The notes under the pieces: model-generated
Told to the model about the DNA's origin: nothing
Databases searched by the model: none
The model's input: the letters and a program-made list of their open reading frames with translations, nothing else
Part shown: positions 28,212 through 38,100 of the stretch, in pieces
Layout of the letters: the number at the start of each line of letters is the position of its first letter
Position numbering within the stretch: position 1 is the stretch's first letter
From: Candidatus Poribacteria bacterium
Lineage (GTDB): Bacteria > Poribacteria > WGA-4E > JAJDTR01
Length of the DNA stretch: 64,000 bases
Reading direction: 5' to 3'
NCBI GenBank assembly: GCA_965232235.1
Contig: OZ246960.1
Coordinates: 2,918,536 to 2,982,535, forward strand
Made by a program: the position numbers and the translations under genes

Positions 28212-29279
28212 ATGGATACAACGATTCAATCCATTTTGGAGAAAGCGTTAGCCGGTGAGCGCTTAGACTTTGACGATGGTCTAACCCTCTTCAAGAGTAC
28301 CGACCTAATATCCATAGGGAGCGCGGCTGACGTTATTCGCCAACGCAAACACCCGGACAGCGTAATTACTTATGTAGTTGATCGCAACATCAACTACACA
28401 AACTGGTGCTATGTGGATTGCGATTTCTGTGCCTTCTACCGGCATAAGAATGACCCTGATGCTTATGTTATGGAACGAGAAGAGTTGGGGCAGAAGATTC
28501 AAGAGACCATCGATCTGGGTGGTGTGCTTATCCTCATGCAAGGTGGCTTGCATCCCAAGCTGAAACTCGATTGGTACGAAGATCTCCTCCGCTGGATTAA
28601 AGAAAACTATGAGATTCACATTCATGGGTTCTCGCCCCCGGAACTTGATTGGTTCGCAAAAATCAACCGACTCAGCCTTAAGGAAACATTGACGCGACTG
28701 CGGGATGCGGGGCTGGATTCGATACCTGGCGGCGGCGCGGAAATTCTTACCGATCACGCTCGAGATGAAATCAGTCCCAAGAAGTGCACGGCGGATGAAT
28801 GGCTGGAGGTCATGCGGCAAGGGCATTACGTGGGCTTGAAGTCAAGTGCGACCATGATGTATGGGCACGTCGAAAGTTACGGCGAACGTGTCGAACATCT
28901 TGTTCGCCTCCGTGAGTTACAGGACGAGACCGGAGGATTCACTGCATTCATCTGCTGGTCGCTCCAACCCAACAACACTCGAATGGACTATATCCCTCCC
29001 GCTGGCAGTTTCGAGTATCTCAAAACGCTGGCGATTTCCAGACTCATGCTTGACAATTTTGACAACTTTCAATCTTCATGGGTGACTCAAGGACCCAAAA
29101 TCGGTCAGTTGTCGCTTAAGTTTGGCGCAAACGACATGGGCGGAACGATGATCGAAGAGAATGTCGTGAGCAAGGCGGGAACTGTCTACTGCATGCCCAT
29201 TGAGGAGATTGAAAGGACGATTACAGATTTGGGATTGATGCCGAAGCGGCGGAATTTCTTTTATGAATTGCTCAATTGA
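28212..29279 (+). CDS. Futalosine-pathway radical SAM enzyme (MqnC/MqnE family)
   Basis: Radical SAM CxxxCxxC (CYVDCDFCAF). The overall pattern (DRNINYTN.., LMQGGLHP, SATMMYGHVE, FICWSLQP) fits menaquinone-via-futalosine synthases. I cannot separate MqnC from MqnE by eye. Confidence 0.75.
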   Translation: MDTTIQSILEKALAGERLDFDDGLTLFKSTDLISIGSAADVIRQRKHPDSVITYVVDRNINYTNWCYVDCDFCAFYRHKNDPDAYVMEREELGQKIQETIDLGGVLILMQGGLHPKLKLDWYEDLLRWIKENYEIHIHGFSPPELDWFAKINRLSLKETLTRLRDAGLDSIPGGGAEILTDHARDEISPKKCTADEWLEVMRQGHYVGLKSSATMMYGHVESYGERVEHLVRLRELQDETGGFTAFICWSLQPNNTRMDYIPPAGSFEYLKTLAISRLMLDNFDNFQSSWVTQGPKIGQLSLKFGANDMGGTMIEENVVSKAGTVYCMPIEEIERTITDLGLMPKRRNFFYELLN

Positions 29280-29339
29280 GGTTTGCAGAACAATATTTAG
29301 AATCTGAGTTTTTCATAATAGACCATACCTGGAGGACTT

Positions 29340-30236
29340 ATGACGCAAAGTGTCGTGACAGAAACTAACCTGACCGGCGTACCACTTTTTAACAGAGGAA
29401 AAGTGCGGGATCTCTACGATCTGGATGACAAACTCTTGATGATTTCAACAGATCGGATTTCGGCGTTTGATTACGTCCTCCCGGATGGCATCCCGTGTAA
29501 AGGCAACGTTCTGACCGCATTGTCAGAGTTTTGGTTCGATAACACGAATTCAATCGTGGACAACCACCTGATTACTACAGATGTCGGGGCGTATCCTGAC
29601 GTATTGAAACCGCATACTGACGTGATCAAGGGTAGATCCATGTTGGTGCGCAAAGCTGATAGAATTGACATCGAATGTGTGGTACGGGGTTACATCACCG
29701 GATCAGCGTGGTCGGAATACAAGGTAGACGGCACGGTTTGCGGCGAGAAATTACCAGAAGGTTTGCGTGAATCCGATCGATTGCCTCAGCTCATCTTTAC
29801 CCCTGCCACGAAAGCGGAGGAGGGAGAACATGACGAGAACATCTCGATTGCGAGGATGGAGGAGTTAATCGGAAAAGATTTGTCAAAGCGAGTCATGGAG
29901 GCAAGTTTCGCACTTTTCGAATCCGCTAGCCAACATGCAGAGAAGGTTGGGATAATCCTTTGCGACACGAAGTTTGAGTTTGGACTGCTGGATGACAACT
30001 TGATTCTTATCGACGAGGTGTTTACACCCGACTCCTCGCGATTCTGGCCGAAAGACGAATACGAACCGGGCAAGTCACAAAGTAGTTTTGACAAACAGTT
30101 CGTGCGAGATTACCTCTCTGAAGTTGGTTGGAACAAACAGCCGCCCGCTCCCCACTTACCAGAGGACGTAATAAACCGTACTAGCGAAAAATACTTAGAG
30201 GCTTACCGATTGATTGTTGGGCGGGAATTGACTTAA
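29340..30236 (+). CDS. purC: Phosphoribosylaminoimidazole-succinocarboxamide (SAICAR) synthase, long form
   Basis: Motifs: GKVRDLYD, STDRISAFD, ECVVRGYITGS, CDTKFEFG, DEVFTPDSSRFW. Confidence 0.9.
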   Translation: MTQSVVTETNLTGVPLFNRGKVRDLYDLDDKLLMISTDRISAFDYVLPDGIPCKGNVLTALSEFWFDNTNSIVDNHLITTDVGAYPDVLKPHTDVIKGRSMLVRKADRIDIECVVRGYITGSAWSEYKVDGTVCGEKLPEGLRESDRLPQLIFTPATKAEEGEHDENISIARMEELIGKDLSKRVMEASFALFESASQHAEKVGIILCDTKFEFGLLDDNLILIDEVFTPDSSRFWPKDEYEPGKSQSSFDKQFVRDYLSEVGWNKQPPAPHLPEDVINRTSEKYLEAYRLIVGRELT

Positions 30237-30300
30237 GACAGCAGGACGGGTAGATGACAGGGCTGCGTGCGATTAAGCAGTGTGATGTGTGAATCGAGAC

Positions 30301-30780
30301 TTACTCCACAAGAAACAGGTGACTACGCTCAAATAGTTCGTCTACGTCAATTTCAACAATCCATTCACCTTTCGGGAATCCGTTGGCTGGGCGTTCTATA
30401 TAGAACCATGTAATCTGTTCTCCGGTCGCGGAGGAGAACGTCTCGCGCTCCTCTCGGAAGGGAGGATCGTCCAAAGCCCTGTCCGGAGAAAACCAACTAA
30501 CATCAACTACATGACGGCCCTCGACATTCGTCCAGTAGATCCACAAAAAAATCCTATCACTCGTGTCGGAAAAGAAGACGTCAGTGATTCCATCGGGACG
30601 ATCGTCAATCACCGAAATTGCCAAAGCCGAGTCTAAGATTGCAGGCTCACCTCTGAAAACCCCGGTAGATCCGCTCCCTCCGGAACCCGCTTCATCGCAC
30701 CCACTGACAATTATTACGCCCCAGAGCAGGACCAGACCGATCGTCCAAACAGCAGCCTTGTTCATTGTGTTTCTCCTCAA
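30301..30780 (-). CDS. Hypothetical lipoprotein
   Basis: Signal peptide with lipobox (IIVSGCDEA). No family recognised. Confidence 0.5.
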   Translation of the reverse strand: MRRNTMNKAAVWTIGLVLLWGVIIVSGCDEAGSGGSGSTGVFRGEPAILDSALAISVIDDRPDGITDVFFSDTSDRIFLWIYWTNVEGRHVVDVSWFSPDRALDDPPFREERETFSSATGEQITWFYIERPANGFPKGEWIVEIDVDELFERSHLFLVE

Positions 30781-30944
30781 GTTTCTAGCGTAGTATCGTA
30801 CTAATCATACCTAACCTGTCATCGCCTGTCAACCGAAAAAAGCAACTTACTGCGGCAAGATTATTGTAGGATGGCAGCTAGGGAGCCGAGTTCATTTTCC
30901 TCACCAACTGGTTTTGATGACAACATGAGAAGGGTTCCCGGAAT

Positions 30945-31415
30945 TTGGATAATGCCAAAACTCAGCACCGATGTGCCGCCGGAATTGTCGTACGCCTGAA
31001 CAAAGATTGCGTCGAATTCTTATTGTTAAAACAGATATGGACGACCGGCGAGGTTCAATGGGTCATGCCTAAGGGACACATTGAAAAAAGCGAAACCTGC
31101 GAGCAAGCAGCGATTCGCGAGGTGAGAGAAGAAGTCGGTCTTGAGGAACTTCGGCTTATTGCATGCTTGGGCAAGCAGGAGTTGCAGTATCGTGACGAGC
31201 ACGAAATTCAACACAAGAAAGTAGTCAGTTGGTATCTGATGGAAACACCCTATGAATCCCATCTTACTATCAAGGTTGAAAAGGGATTTGTCGAATCGAA
31301 GTGGCTTCCATACGAGGATGCGCGGAAACTGTGTTCATATGAAGACTTTCGAGAGTGGATAGATACGGCAGCAGATAATCTTAGGAATTACAGGCAACAC
31401 TCAGCCCCTGTTTGA
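30945..31415 (+). CDS. NUDIX hydrolase
   Basis: Nudix box GHIEKSETCEQAAIREVREEVGL. TTG start as listed. Its TGA stop (31413-31415) lies inside the leader module of a repeat element. Confidence 0.8.
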   Translation: MDNAKTQHRCAAGIVVRLNKDCVEFLLLKQIWTTGEVQWVMPKGHIEKSETCEQAAIREVREEVGLEELRLIACLGKQELQYRDEHEIQHKKVVSWYLMETPYESHLTIKVEKGFVESKWLPYEDARKLCSYEDFREWIDTAADNLRNYRQHSAPV

Positions 31416-31506
31416 AGAGTACAGTTTGCAGGGTGCGATCAAGCGAACGGATTGGGATCGCGATAGAAAATCCCATAGCAAATCCCGCGCGGTAGGGATA
31501 CATCGC
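31406..31506 (+). repeat. Repeat-family element I: leader module + one core unit + tail
   Basis: Leader CCCTGTTTGAAGAGTACAGTTTGCAGGGTG (31406-31436). Unit GATCAAGCGAACGGATTGGGATCGCGATAGAAAATCCC (31437-31474). Tail ATAGCAAATCCCGCGCGGTAGGGATACATCGC follows. Confidence 0.8.
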
Positions 31507-31609
31507 AGTACAGAAGAATCTGATTACTCAAGAAAGATGTATAATCATCAATTGCAATGACTATAGACGCTACCTGCGGTTTCCTAAGACGTGTGAAAAG
31601 TTACAGTTT

Positions 31610-33118
31610 ATGAACCAGTATGATTTAACAGTTATTGGTGGTGGTAGTGCCGGGTTGGTCTTGGCAGTTGCAAGCGCCAAATTGGGCAAATCCACCGCTC
31701 TCGTTGAGAAACATCGGCTAGGTGGGGATTGCTTGTGGACCGGATGCGTACCGTCGAAAGCGATCCTCAAAGCGGCAAAGGTTGCCAACTATGTGAAGGA
31801 AGCAGAGAAGTACGGAATCAAAGTGAACGGCGCCCAGGTAGATTTCGAACGGGTGATTGGACATATCACCTCGGCACAGCAGACCATCGAAAAAGAGCAT
31901 GACAATCCAGAGCGGTTCCGCGAGATGGGAATAGATGTCATTTTTGGCAATGGTCGGTTTGATTCGCCGCAATCATTCATTGTAGAAGATCGGGAAGAAT
32001 CGCAAACAAGAAGGCTCGAAAGTAAAAAGTTTGTAATCTCAACAGGATCGCGTCCCGCAATTCCAGCGATACCCGGACTTGAATCTGGCGGTTTTCTTCA
32101 CAGCGAAAACATCTGGGGTTTGAAAAAACTCCCCTCAAAACTTATGGTGGTAGGCGCGGGTCCCATTGGAGTCGAGTTGGGGCAGGCATTTCATCGTCTC
32201 GGAACAGAAGTCATCATTGTTCAAAAAAGCGATCGAATTTTGCCCAAAGAGGAACCCGAAGTCTCTGAAAGAATGTTGAACTACCTCAGAGAGGAAGGCA
32301 TCACGATTCTTCCGGGAACGCGTCTGATCGAAGTCACCAATCATGACTGGAGCCCACTATATGGCGACCGTCATAATGAAGCGCGCTTGGGACACTACTC
32401 GGTCAAACTTGACATCGCCGGCGAGGCTTGCTGTTTGGATGTAGATCAGATTCTGGTTGCGGTCGGACGACAACCCAATACTGAAGACTTGGGACTAGAT
32501 GAGATTGGCGTAGAGGTTGCGCCTAGTGGGATATGCGTAAATAAAAGACTACAGACGACGGTAAGTAATATTTTTGCTGCCGGTGATGTGATTGGACATT
32601 ATCTCTTCACCCATGTCGCGGCGTTTCAAGCAGCGCAACTTGTTCGCAATATTTTCTTCCCCGGCTCTAACGCAATAGATTATTCTGTCGTGCCTTGGAC
32701 TACGTTCTGTGATCCGGAAGTTGCTCGGTGCGGAATGACGGAAGCGGAAGCCCGAGACAAACATGGGGAGATCGACGTGTTCGCCGTTGAATTACGCGAT
32801 GTCGATCGTGCTATCGCGGAGGGAGAAACCAAGGGATTCATCAAAGTAATTGCAACAAAATGGACCGGCAACATTCTTGGTGTCCATCTCGTGTGTCCGG
32901 CCGCTGGAGAGGTCATCCACGAGTTTGTCCTTGCCATGAAGGAAGGCATCCCGCTGCGTAAGTTAAGCAGCGTGATCCATGTCTATCCGACGTTCTCAAG
33001 CATCGTTTGGCGCGTCGCCGGTAAATGGTTTGCGGAAGGCAAGTTGATTCAAACACTGCGGGGCATCCTAAGTACAACGGGAGGAGATGGGAATAAAGAA
33101 AGGCATAAGTTGCGATAA
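31610..33118 (+). CDS. Class I pyridine nucleotide-disulfide oxidoreductase (dihydrolipoyl dehydrogenase / mercuric-reductase-like)
   Basis: FAD motif VIGGGSAG, redox-active disulfide CLWTGCVPSK, second Rossmann VVGAGPIGVELG and a C-terminal dimerisation domain. No NmerA domain or C-terminal Cys pair, so the substrate is unassigned. Confidence 0.75.
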   Translation: MNQYDLTVIGGGSAGLVLAVASAKLGKSTALVEKHRLGGDCLWTGCVPSKAILKAAKVANYVKEAEKYGIKVNGAQVDFERVIGHITSAQQTIEKEHDNPERFREMGIDVIFGNGRFDSPQSFIVEDREESQTRRLESKKFVISTGSRPAIPAIPGLESGGFLHSENIWGLKKLPSKLMVVGAGPIGVELGQAFHRLGTEVIIVQKSDRILPKEEPEVSERMLNYLREEGITILPGTRLIEVTNHDWSPLYGDRHNEARLGHYSVKLDIAGEACCLDVDQILVAVGRQPNTEDLGLDEIGVEVAPSGICVNKRLQTTVSNIFAAGDVIGHYLFTHVAAFQAAQLVRNIFFPGSNAIDYSVVPWTTFCDPEVARCGMTEAEARDKHGEIDVFAVELRDVDRAIAEGETKGFIKVIATKWTGNILGVHLVCPAAGEVIHEFVLAMKEGIPLRKLSSVIHVYPTFSSIVWRVAGKWFAEGKLIQTLRGILSTTGGDGNKERHKLR

Positions 33119-33300
33119 ACGTAATACTCCTTGTTGATTTCAGCGACTCTTTCACGGAATAATCTTGACGTTGTGAGATACTCCTCGCATTTTTTGATTG
33201 ACGAGACATTGATTGTGTGTTACGCTAAAGGCAAAGTGGTAATTGACTATGGAAGTCCTGTTCAGCAAAGGTGCAATCTTGGTCACTTGCCGGGCTATAT

Positions 33301-34277
33301 TAACCAATGGTGCTAGTTTGAAATTTGGAGGTTAATGGGCATAACATTCCATTTCGGCTTTGTTTTGGCGCGAAATGTATCATGGTCATGAGACGATTTC
33401 CTCAATTCTACCGTTAATTTGAGTATCGGTAGTTATCAAATAACGGGAGGAAATCTAGACTCATGACCATAGAAGATTTTACCACAGAATTGTTTTGTTG
33501 TGTTGATGATAAACTCTCACAGCACGGCAAGAATCGTAAGCATAGCCAAGCCAAACTCTATCCGTCCGAAGTGGTTACTATTGCCATGCTCTTTGCACTC
33601 AAAGGCGTGAGCAATCGAGCCTTCTATCGCTGGATAGCAAACAATTTCAAACACTTATTCCCAAGATTACCCCATCGCACTCGATTGTCCCGCTTGTTTG
33701 ATGGGCATCGACATCTTATTGACGTGTTCATGGCGGCACCTTCGCTTATCGGTGTAATTGACACTTACGGCATTGAATTGATTCACCCGCGTCGAGAAGG
33801 ACGTTCTAAGCGTCAAATCGGACGCAAAGGCATTTCTAATCAACGATGGATTGTAGGTGGAAAGCTTTGCCTGCTGCACAACCATCTCGGACTTATTGTG
33901 AACTGGGACTGCGACACGGCCAATGTACATGATGGGAGTGCCTTTCAACACCTCGTTGATGGAGTTAATGACCAGATGGTTGTGTTTGCCGATGAAGGGT
34001 TTGCCAAAGCAGATTGGTTTCCTTCAAACTTGCGTCTGTGCCGACGTGGTGAGTGGAATTCTCGCATGCTGGTCGAAACCGTTCTGTCCATGTTAACGCT
34101 CGTGTGTCATTTTAAGAAAGTCATGCATCGTCGTTGGAGTTACTTCAAAACGCGAGTCGGCTTTACAATGGCTTTGTTTAATCTCTTGGTGCAGTGGAAT
34201 GGTTTACCAGTTCACGATAATGGCGTTGTGCCTTTGTCAATAGCCCAATTCAGTCTCTAAACTAGCACCAAAGGTTA
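33301..34277 (+). mobile_element. IS982-like insertion sequence (977 bp), single transposase ORF
   Basis: Terminal inverted repeats are TAACCAATGGTGCTAGTTT (33301-33319) and AAACTAGCACCAAAGGTTA (34259-34277), 17 of 19 matching. The transposase stop codon lies inside the right IR. No clear target-site duplication was seen. Confidence 0.75.
33463..34260 (+). CDS. DDE transposase (IS982-like; family assignment tentative)
   Basis: N-terminal FCCVDD motif. Candidate DDE residues lie in VIDTYGIEL, VFADEGFA and LVETVLSML. Confidence 0.75.
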   Translation: MTIEDFTTELFCCVDDKLSQHGKNRKHSQAKLYPSEVVTIAMLFALKGVSNRAFYRWIANNFKHLFPRLPHRTRLSRLFDGHRHLIDVFMAAPSLIGVIDTYGIELIHPRREGRSKRQIGRKGISNQRWIVGGKLCLLHNHLGLIVNWDCDTANVHDGSAFQHLVDGVNDQMVVFADEGFAKADWFPSNLRLCRRGEWNSRMLVETVLSMLTLVCHFKKVMHRRWSYFKTRVGFTMALFNLLVQWNGLPVHDNGVVPLSIAQFSL

Positions 34278-34391
34278 TTACACTTTTTGTGGTATGGACT
34301 AGCGATCTGTGCTAAAATAAAGGTATAAACAGATAGAGCGTCAGGACGTTTATCAAGATATATTTTAACCTTATCTTTTTAGGAGGGAACC

Positions 34392-35264
34392 ATGAGAAAC
34401 ATGACAGTAGTTGTGGTTGTTAGTGTTTTCATTTTTGGGGCGATTCTGAGCGGATGCGGCAAGCTCAGTACGGAAGAGTTCGAGGGTTGGAAAAGCGAGT
34501 ACGTTGCGTCTAATGACAAAGCGTTCGCCGACATGGATGGCAGGGCTTCCAAGTTGGAGAGTGGACTGGAACAGCAAAAGTCGGACTTGGGCCAAGCAAT
34601 TGAGGATGCACGTGATGATGCTATAGCTGCATCTCATCTTGGAGATGCTGACACCATCAAGAGATCCGAAGAATTCGCGGCGAGCGGGGATGCCAAGGTT
34701 CGAGATGAACTGATGCAAGCTGTGAACGCTGCTGGCGAAAGCGCCCAGAGTTTTGCGAAATCCGAGGACGACAAACTGCGTAAAAACATCAGCAGTTTGG
34801 AAGCGCAGGCAAATTCAACTGCGCAAAGCGTAAGCGATCTGAAAAATGACCTGATGACGGCAAAGAAGGAATTGGAAGACGCGATGGCTGTCAAGGCGAT
34901 GAGCGCAGCAACGGTCCAATTTGCTAGCGGGAAAACCAGCTTGAGTTCGGAAGCCAAGGCTATGCTTGATAAGGCGGTGGCTACGATAAAAGCGCACCCG
35001 TATGCTGTGGTTGTCGTTTCCGGCCATGCGGATGGTACACCGGTGTTGAGCGGAAAATATCGTAGTAACTGGGATCTTTCTCAAGCACGCGCTAGTTCCG
35101 TGGCAAACTATCTTAAGGAGAGTGGCGTAACGAACGACATCAAAACCATCGCCCGCGGTCATACCATGCCGGTTGCGAGTGTGAATACAAAAGACGGACG
35201 CGCCGTAAACCGGCGTGCGGATGTGGTTGTCTATCCTCCTGGAACTATGCCTGCTGGAATGTAG
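34392..35264 (+). CDS. OmpA-family lipoprotein with coiled-coil spacer
   Basis: Lipobox ILSGCG and a long helical Ala/Glu/Lys region. The C-terminal OmpA domain has FASGKTSL, NWDLSQARASSVANYL and NRRADVVV. Confidence 0.85.
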   Translation: MRNMTVVVVVSVFIFGAILSGCGKLSTEEFEGWKSEYVASNDKAFADMDGRASKLESGLEQQKSDLGQAIEDARDDAIAASHLGDADTIKRSEEFAASGDAKVRDELMQAVNAAGESAQSFAKSEDDKLRKNISSLEAQANSTAQSVSDLKNDLMTAKKELEDAMAVKAMSAATVQFASGKTSLSSEAKAMLDKAVATIKAHPYAVVVVSGHADGTPVLSGKYRSNWDLSQARASSVANYLKESGVTNDIKTIARGHTMPVASVNTKDGRAVNRRADVVVYPPGTMPAGM

Positions 35265-35286
35265 AACTTGATTCACCGCGATATGG

Positions 35287-35328
35287 GGGAAATTGGGAAG
35301 TGTTGTTTTTCCTAATTTCCCTTTTTTT
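35287..35328 (+). terminator. Rho-independent terminator of the OmpA-family gene
   Basis: 13-bp stem GGGAAATTGGGAA / TTCCTAATTTCCC (one G-U pair), 9-nt loop, then TTTTTTT (35322-35328). It starts 22 nt after the stop codon. Confidence 0.85.
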
Positions 35329-35428
35329 ATCAACTTGCTTGGATTTCTGAATGAAGCGTTGAAGGCACGAAACTGCATTAATTAGGGCGCATCCGCATTC
35401 TAACAGCGCCATGCCGCCGATAATTCAT

Positions 35429-35455
35429 CGGTTTCCTAACACACCAATTACCCCC
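35429..35455 (+). repeat. Tail-module relative of dispersed repeat family (CGGTTTCCTAACACACCAATTACCCCC)
   Basis: 15 of 17 identical to CGGTTTCCAACCGCACC of the 3033-3059 hairpin. It also resembles 38174-38195. Confidence 0.5.
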
Positions 35456-35740
35456 ATTGCGATTGTCTCATTTTAGCTTCAACTTGATTCATATGTTGTA
35501 GATTTGATACTGTGTGGAGACAATCATTCCGATTTCGAGTGCGTTGTCATAGTTCGGAACTTTTCTTCTCGTTCGGCGTATTGTCTACAGGCACGATGAG
35601 TTTCGCGTCGTGTTGGATTCAACGTGAAATCGAGGAAATGTCAAGAGTTTCGTAGTGATAACGTTTTGGCATATAAATTGCGCAAATCTGTTCCGTAGAA
35701 TCGTTGGTCACAAAATCACTCAAACTGTAAGGAGGGCAAA

Positions 35741-36448
35741 ATGAAGAGGTTAAAATCTCATTTCGGTATTCTTCTGACGATTTGCCTGATCACCGGGTTG
35801 ACTGCGTTTAGCAACGCGGAAATCGAGAACCTGAAATTTGAACTGTTCGGCGTTGTTAATGGTGATGATGAAAGACAGATTAGACGGCGGTTGGAGCCGT
35901 GGGCGGAACCCGATGGCGTGACCTTCCACACGCCTATTGATAAAAATGGGCGGGAGCGGTTATTTAGCACCCTTATCAAGGTAAAACCGAGAACGGATGA
36001 CAAATTCTCTGAATCGCATACACTCGATACCTACCAAATTCTTCAGCAGTTGAAAGATCAACGTTTTCGAGGGCGCCAGGCGGGTAGTCAACCGTGGATA
36101 GTCAAGTCTGAGGCAAAAATCAAGGGAGAACTCTTCGCACATCCCGGATGGGCGCGCAGCTACATCCGTAATGTTCCATTTTGGAGGCATTGGCGAGCCC
36201 AAACGTCGGTAATCAATCATGCAATGTTGGCGGGAACTTGGGAACAGAAAGTGGTTTTTAGCCACAATGACCTGTTCGATAGGCTTCGGCACGACGCCGC
36301 CGAGACCGACAAAGAGGTTGAAGTGGAGGGTGTTATCGCCGGATTTGATGGTCCATATCCGGTAGTGTCAATCCGTAGCTATCGCTTCGACAAAAAAGCC
36401 AAAGCAAAACAGGCAAAAGGAACAGAAGAGTCCTCGGAGGAGCAATAA
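35741..36448 (+). CDS. Hypothetical secreted protein with Lys/Glu-rich tail
   Basis: AGGAGG lies upstream of the ATG and there is a signal peptide. No family recognised. Confidence 0.55.
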   Translation: MKRLKSHFGILLTICLITGLTAFSNAEIENLKFELFGVVNGDDERQIRRRLEPWAEPDGVTFHTPIDKNGRERLFSTLIKVKPRTDDKFSESHTLDTYQILQQLKDQRFRGRQAGSQPWIVKSEAKIKGELFAHPGWARSYIRNVPFWRHWRAQTSVINHAMLAGTWEQKVVFSHNDLFDRLRHDAAETDKEVEVEGVIAGFDGPYPVVSIRSYRFDKKAKAKQAKGTEESSEEQ

Positions 36449-36537
36449 TCCCCCTATCAATCTTCAGGGGCAATACGGAATGAGGGGGTGCGCCAATAAA
36501 CTTTTTCGTGCTTCATCGAATAATCGTTGCCCTACGT

Positions 36538-36573
36538 AAAACGAGCCCCAATTTGTTAATTGGGGCTCGTTTT
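36538..36573. terminator. Bidirectional intrinsic terminator between convergent genes
   Basis: Perfect 16-bp stem AAAACGAGCCCCAATT / AATTGGGGCTCGTTTT with a 4-nt loop. A-run and T-run flanks allow function on both strands. Confidence 0.85.
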
Positions 36574-36599
36574 ATTGCGATTGGATTCAAATACTTGAT

Positions 36600-37070
36600 T
36601 TAGTTCAGGCGATCTAATTCGTCCAGTACAGCCGTTACAGCCAGCGTGTTATCCGGCGGCGCATCTTCGACATGCGTGAAAGCCACCTTTCCATTTTTGT
36701 CAATGACAATCACGCCGCGGTTTGTGATTCCTACCTCGTCAAGCGCCATCCCGAATTCCTTCGACACTTCGAGATTCATGTCCGCCAATAGCGGAAAATC
36801 AACGCCGCCCAGGTGTTCACACCAAGCTTTGTGAGCGAATGCCGAATCGCGATTGATGGCGATAATCTCAGCGTTTTTTGCGCGAATTTCGCGAAGCTTC
36901 TCGTTGAAATCGGGAATTTGAACTGAGCACACCGGGGAGAAATCCAGGGGATAGAAAACGACGACCAAATTCTTGCCCTCAAAATCTTTAAGGGACACCT
37001 CGGTGTCTTCTTGACCAAGTGATCCGGCGAGTGTAAAATCCGGAGCATCACTTCCGACTTCCAATGCCAT
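36600..37070 (-). CDS. Peroxiredoxin (AhpC/TSA-redoxin family)
   Basis: Peroxidatic Cys context FYPLDFSPVCSVQ. The ~155-aa thioredoxin-fold length fits. Confidence 0.85.
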   Translation of the reverse strand: MALEVGSDAPDFTLAGSLGQEDTEVSLKDFEGKNLVVVFYPLDFSPVCSVQIPDFNEKLREIRAKNAEIIAINRDSAFAHKAWCEHLGGVDFPLLADMNLEVSKEFGMALDEVGITNRGVIVIDKNGKVAFTHVEDAPPDNTLAVTAVLDELDRLN

Positions 37071-37250
37071 TTATTACAACCTCCTAAAATTGTGGTTCAG
37101 GGATTGTGGGTATTTATGACGCCTTAAATCCGTACCTGCTTAAGGTCAAATTCTATCATAGGGCAAAGCGGGTGTCAACGGAATCTCAAAATTTCTGCTT
37201 CCCAAATCTGTCGGTCGAGGCTTAAATTATCTAGGTCGCTACTTAACTAA

Positions 37251-37641
37251 GGTGCTACCCATTCCTGTAGGTCAAGATCAAGTGACTGGATAAGGAACGC
37301 GACAGCAACTGCTTCATAGGGATCAAGTTAAGGAAGTTCGTCTAGTATTGGTGGAGTTCTTCGCCGCAAAACCCTTAACTTAGTCCCCATTGAGCTAGGA
37401 GTAAATCTCAATTTCACCCCATACGGTAGATGCGATCAAGCGACTGAAGAAGGGCGCGATGGAGTTCCCTTTCCAACCGCTCCGGTCCCCACGGAAACCA
37501 GTGTCATGAGTCACCATCTGTGGTGCACCCATCGACGAATGGGTTGGTATTCCATCGCCCATGTCTACATGGAGATTAACAGTTTAAGACATTAGAAACC
37601 GCGTGAATTGCGACCCAAAACGCTTAACTTGATCCTATAGG
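37251..37641 (+). repeat. Cluster of repeat-family fragments including an inverted-repeat pair
   Basis: Unit GATCAAGTGACTGGATAAGGAACGCGACAGCAAC starts at 37276. Unit + tail GATCAAGCGACTGAAGAAGGGCGCGATGGAGTTCCCTTTCCAACCGCTCCGG is at 37434-37485. Inverted repeat ATAGGGATCAAGTTAAG (37316-37332) pairs with CTTAACTTGATCCTAT (37623-37638). Confidence 0.7.
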
Positions 37642-37843
37642 CACGCGATAGCAATCGGTTCTAGCCCTACCGTCTTATAGGATAGGTCAGGATAAGTCAG
37701 AAACTTAGTCAATGTAAGCAAACTCGACTCAATTCGTCGCGCGCAATGATTGAGATAGATTGCATTTACAAGATTGCAGGCGATCCTATATAGAATTATT
37801 TGATGGCGGCAGAGGCGCTTGACTCAATAGCGGAAACGCACTC

Positions 37844-37872
37844 TTGACACAGTCTAGCTTCTATGTTAGAAT
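37844..37872 (+). promoter_or_regulatory. Sigma70-like promoter candidate (TTGACA-17 nt-TAGAAT)
   Basis: -35 TTGACA at 37844-37849, 17-nt spacer, -10 TAGAAT at 37867-37872. It would give a ~415-nt leader containing repeat copy 38101-38215 before the ThDP-enzyme ATG. Confidence 0.45.
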
Positions 37873-38100
37873 TTTGGAGTCTGTAGTCCCCGGTTTTTTC
37901 GTTTTAACTCGGAGTCTGAATTTTGCTAAAAACTACATCGTGATTTCCGTCGTGAGGTAGTCAATGCAAAGAATAATGAGTAACCGATCCACCTGTCGCT
38001 GGTTGCCGAAATCAACATAACAATCATCAGCTTGTCAATCGGTTCTTAAGTGGTTTATTCGTTAAGTGTTTAATGCTTACGAGACTGGCAAAAGAAACCC

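Noticed and set aside
33301-33330. The IS982-like left end (GGTGCTAGTTTGAAATT) resembles repeat words GGTGCTACC (37251, 38101) and GCCTGTTTGAAAAG (leader), suggesting the IS mobilises the repeats.
   Set aside because: Matches are only 7-8 nt, which is expected by chance a few times in 128 kb of two-strand sequence. The one clean MITE has unrelated termini (CTCGACTTTGTACA).
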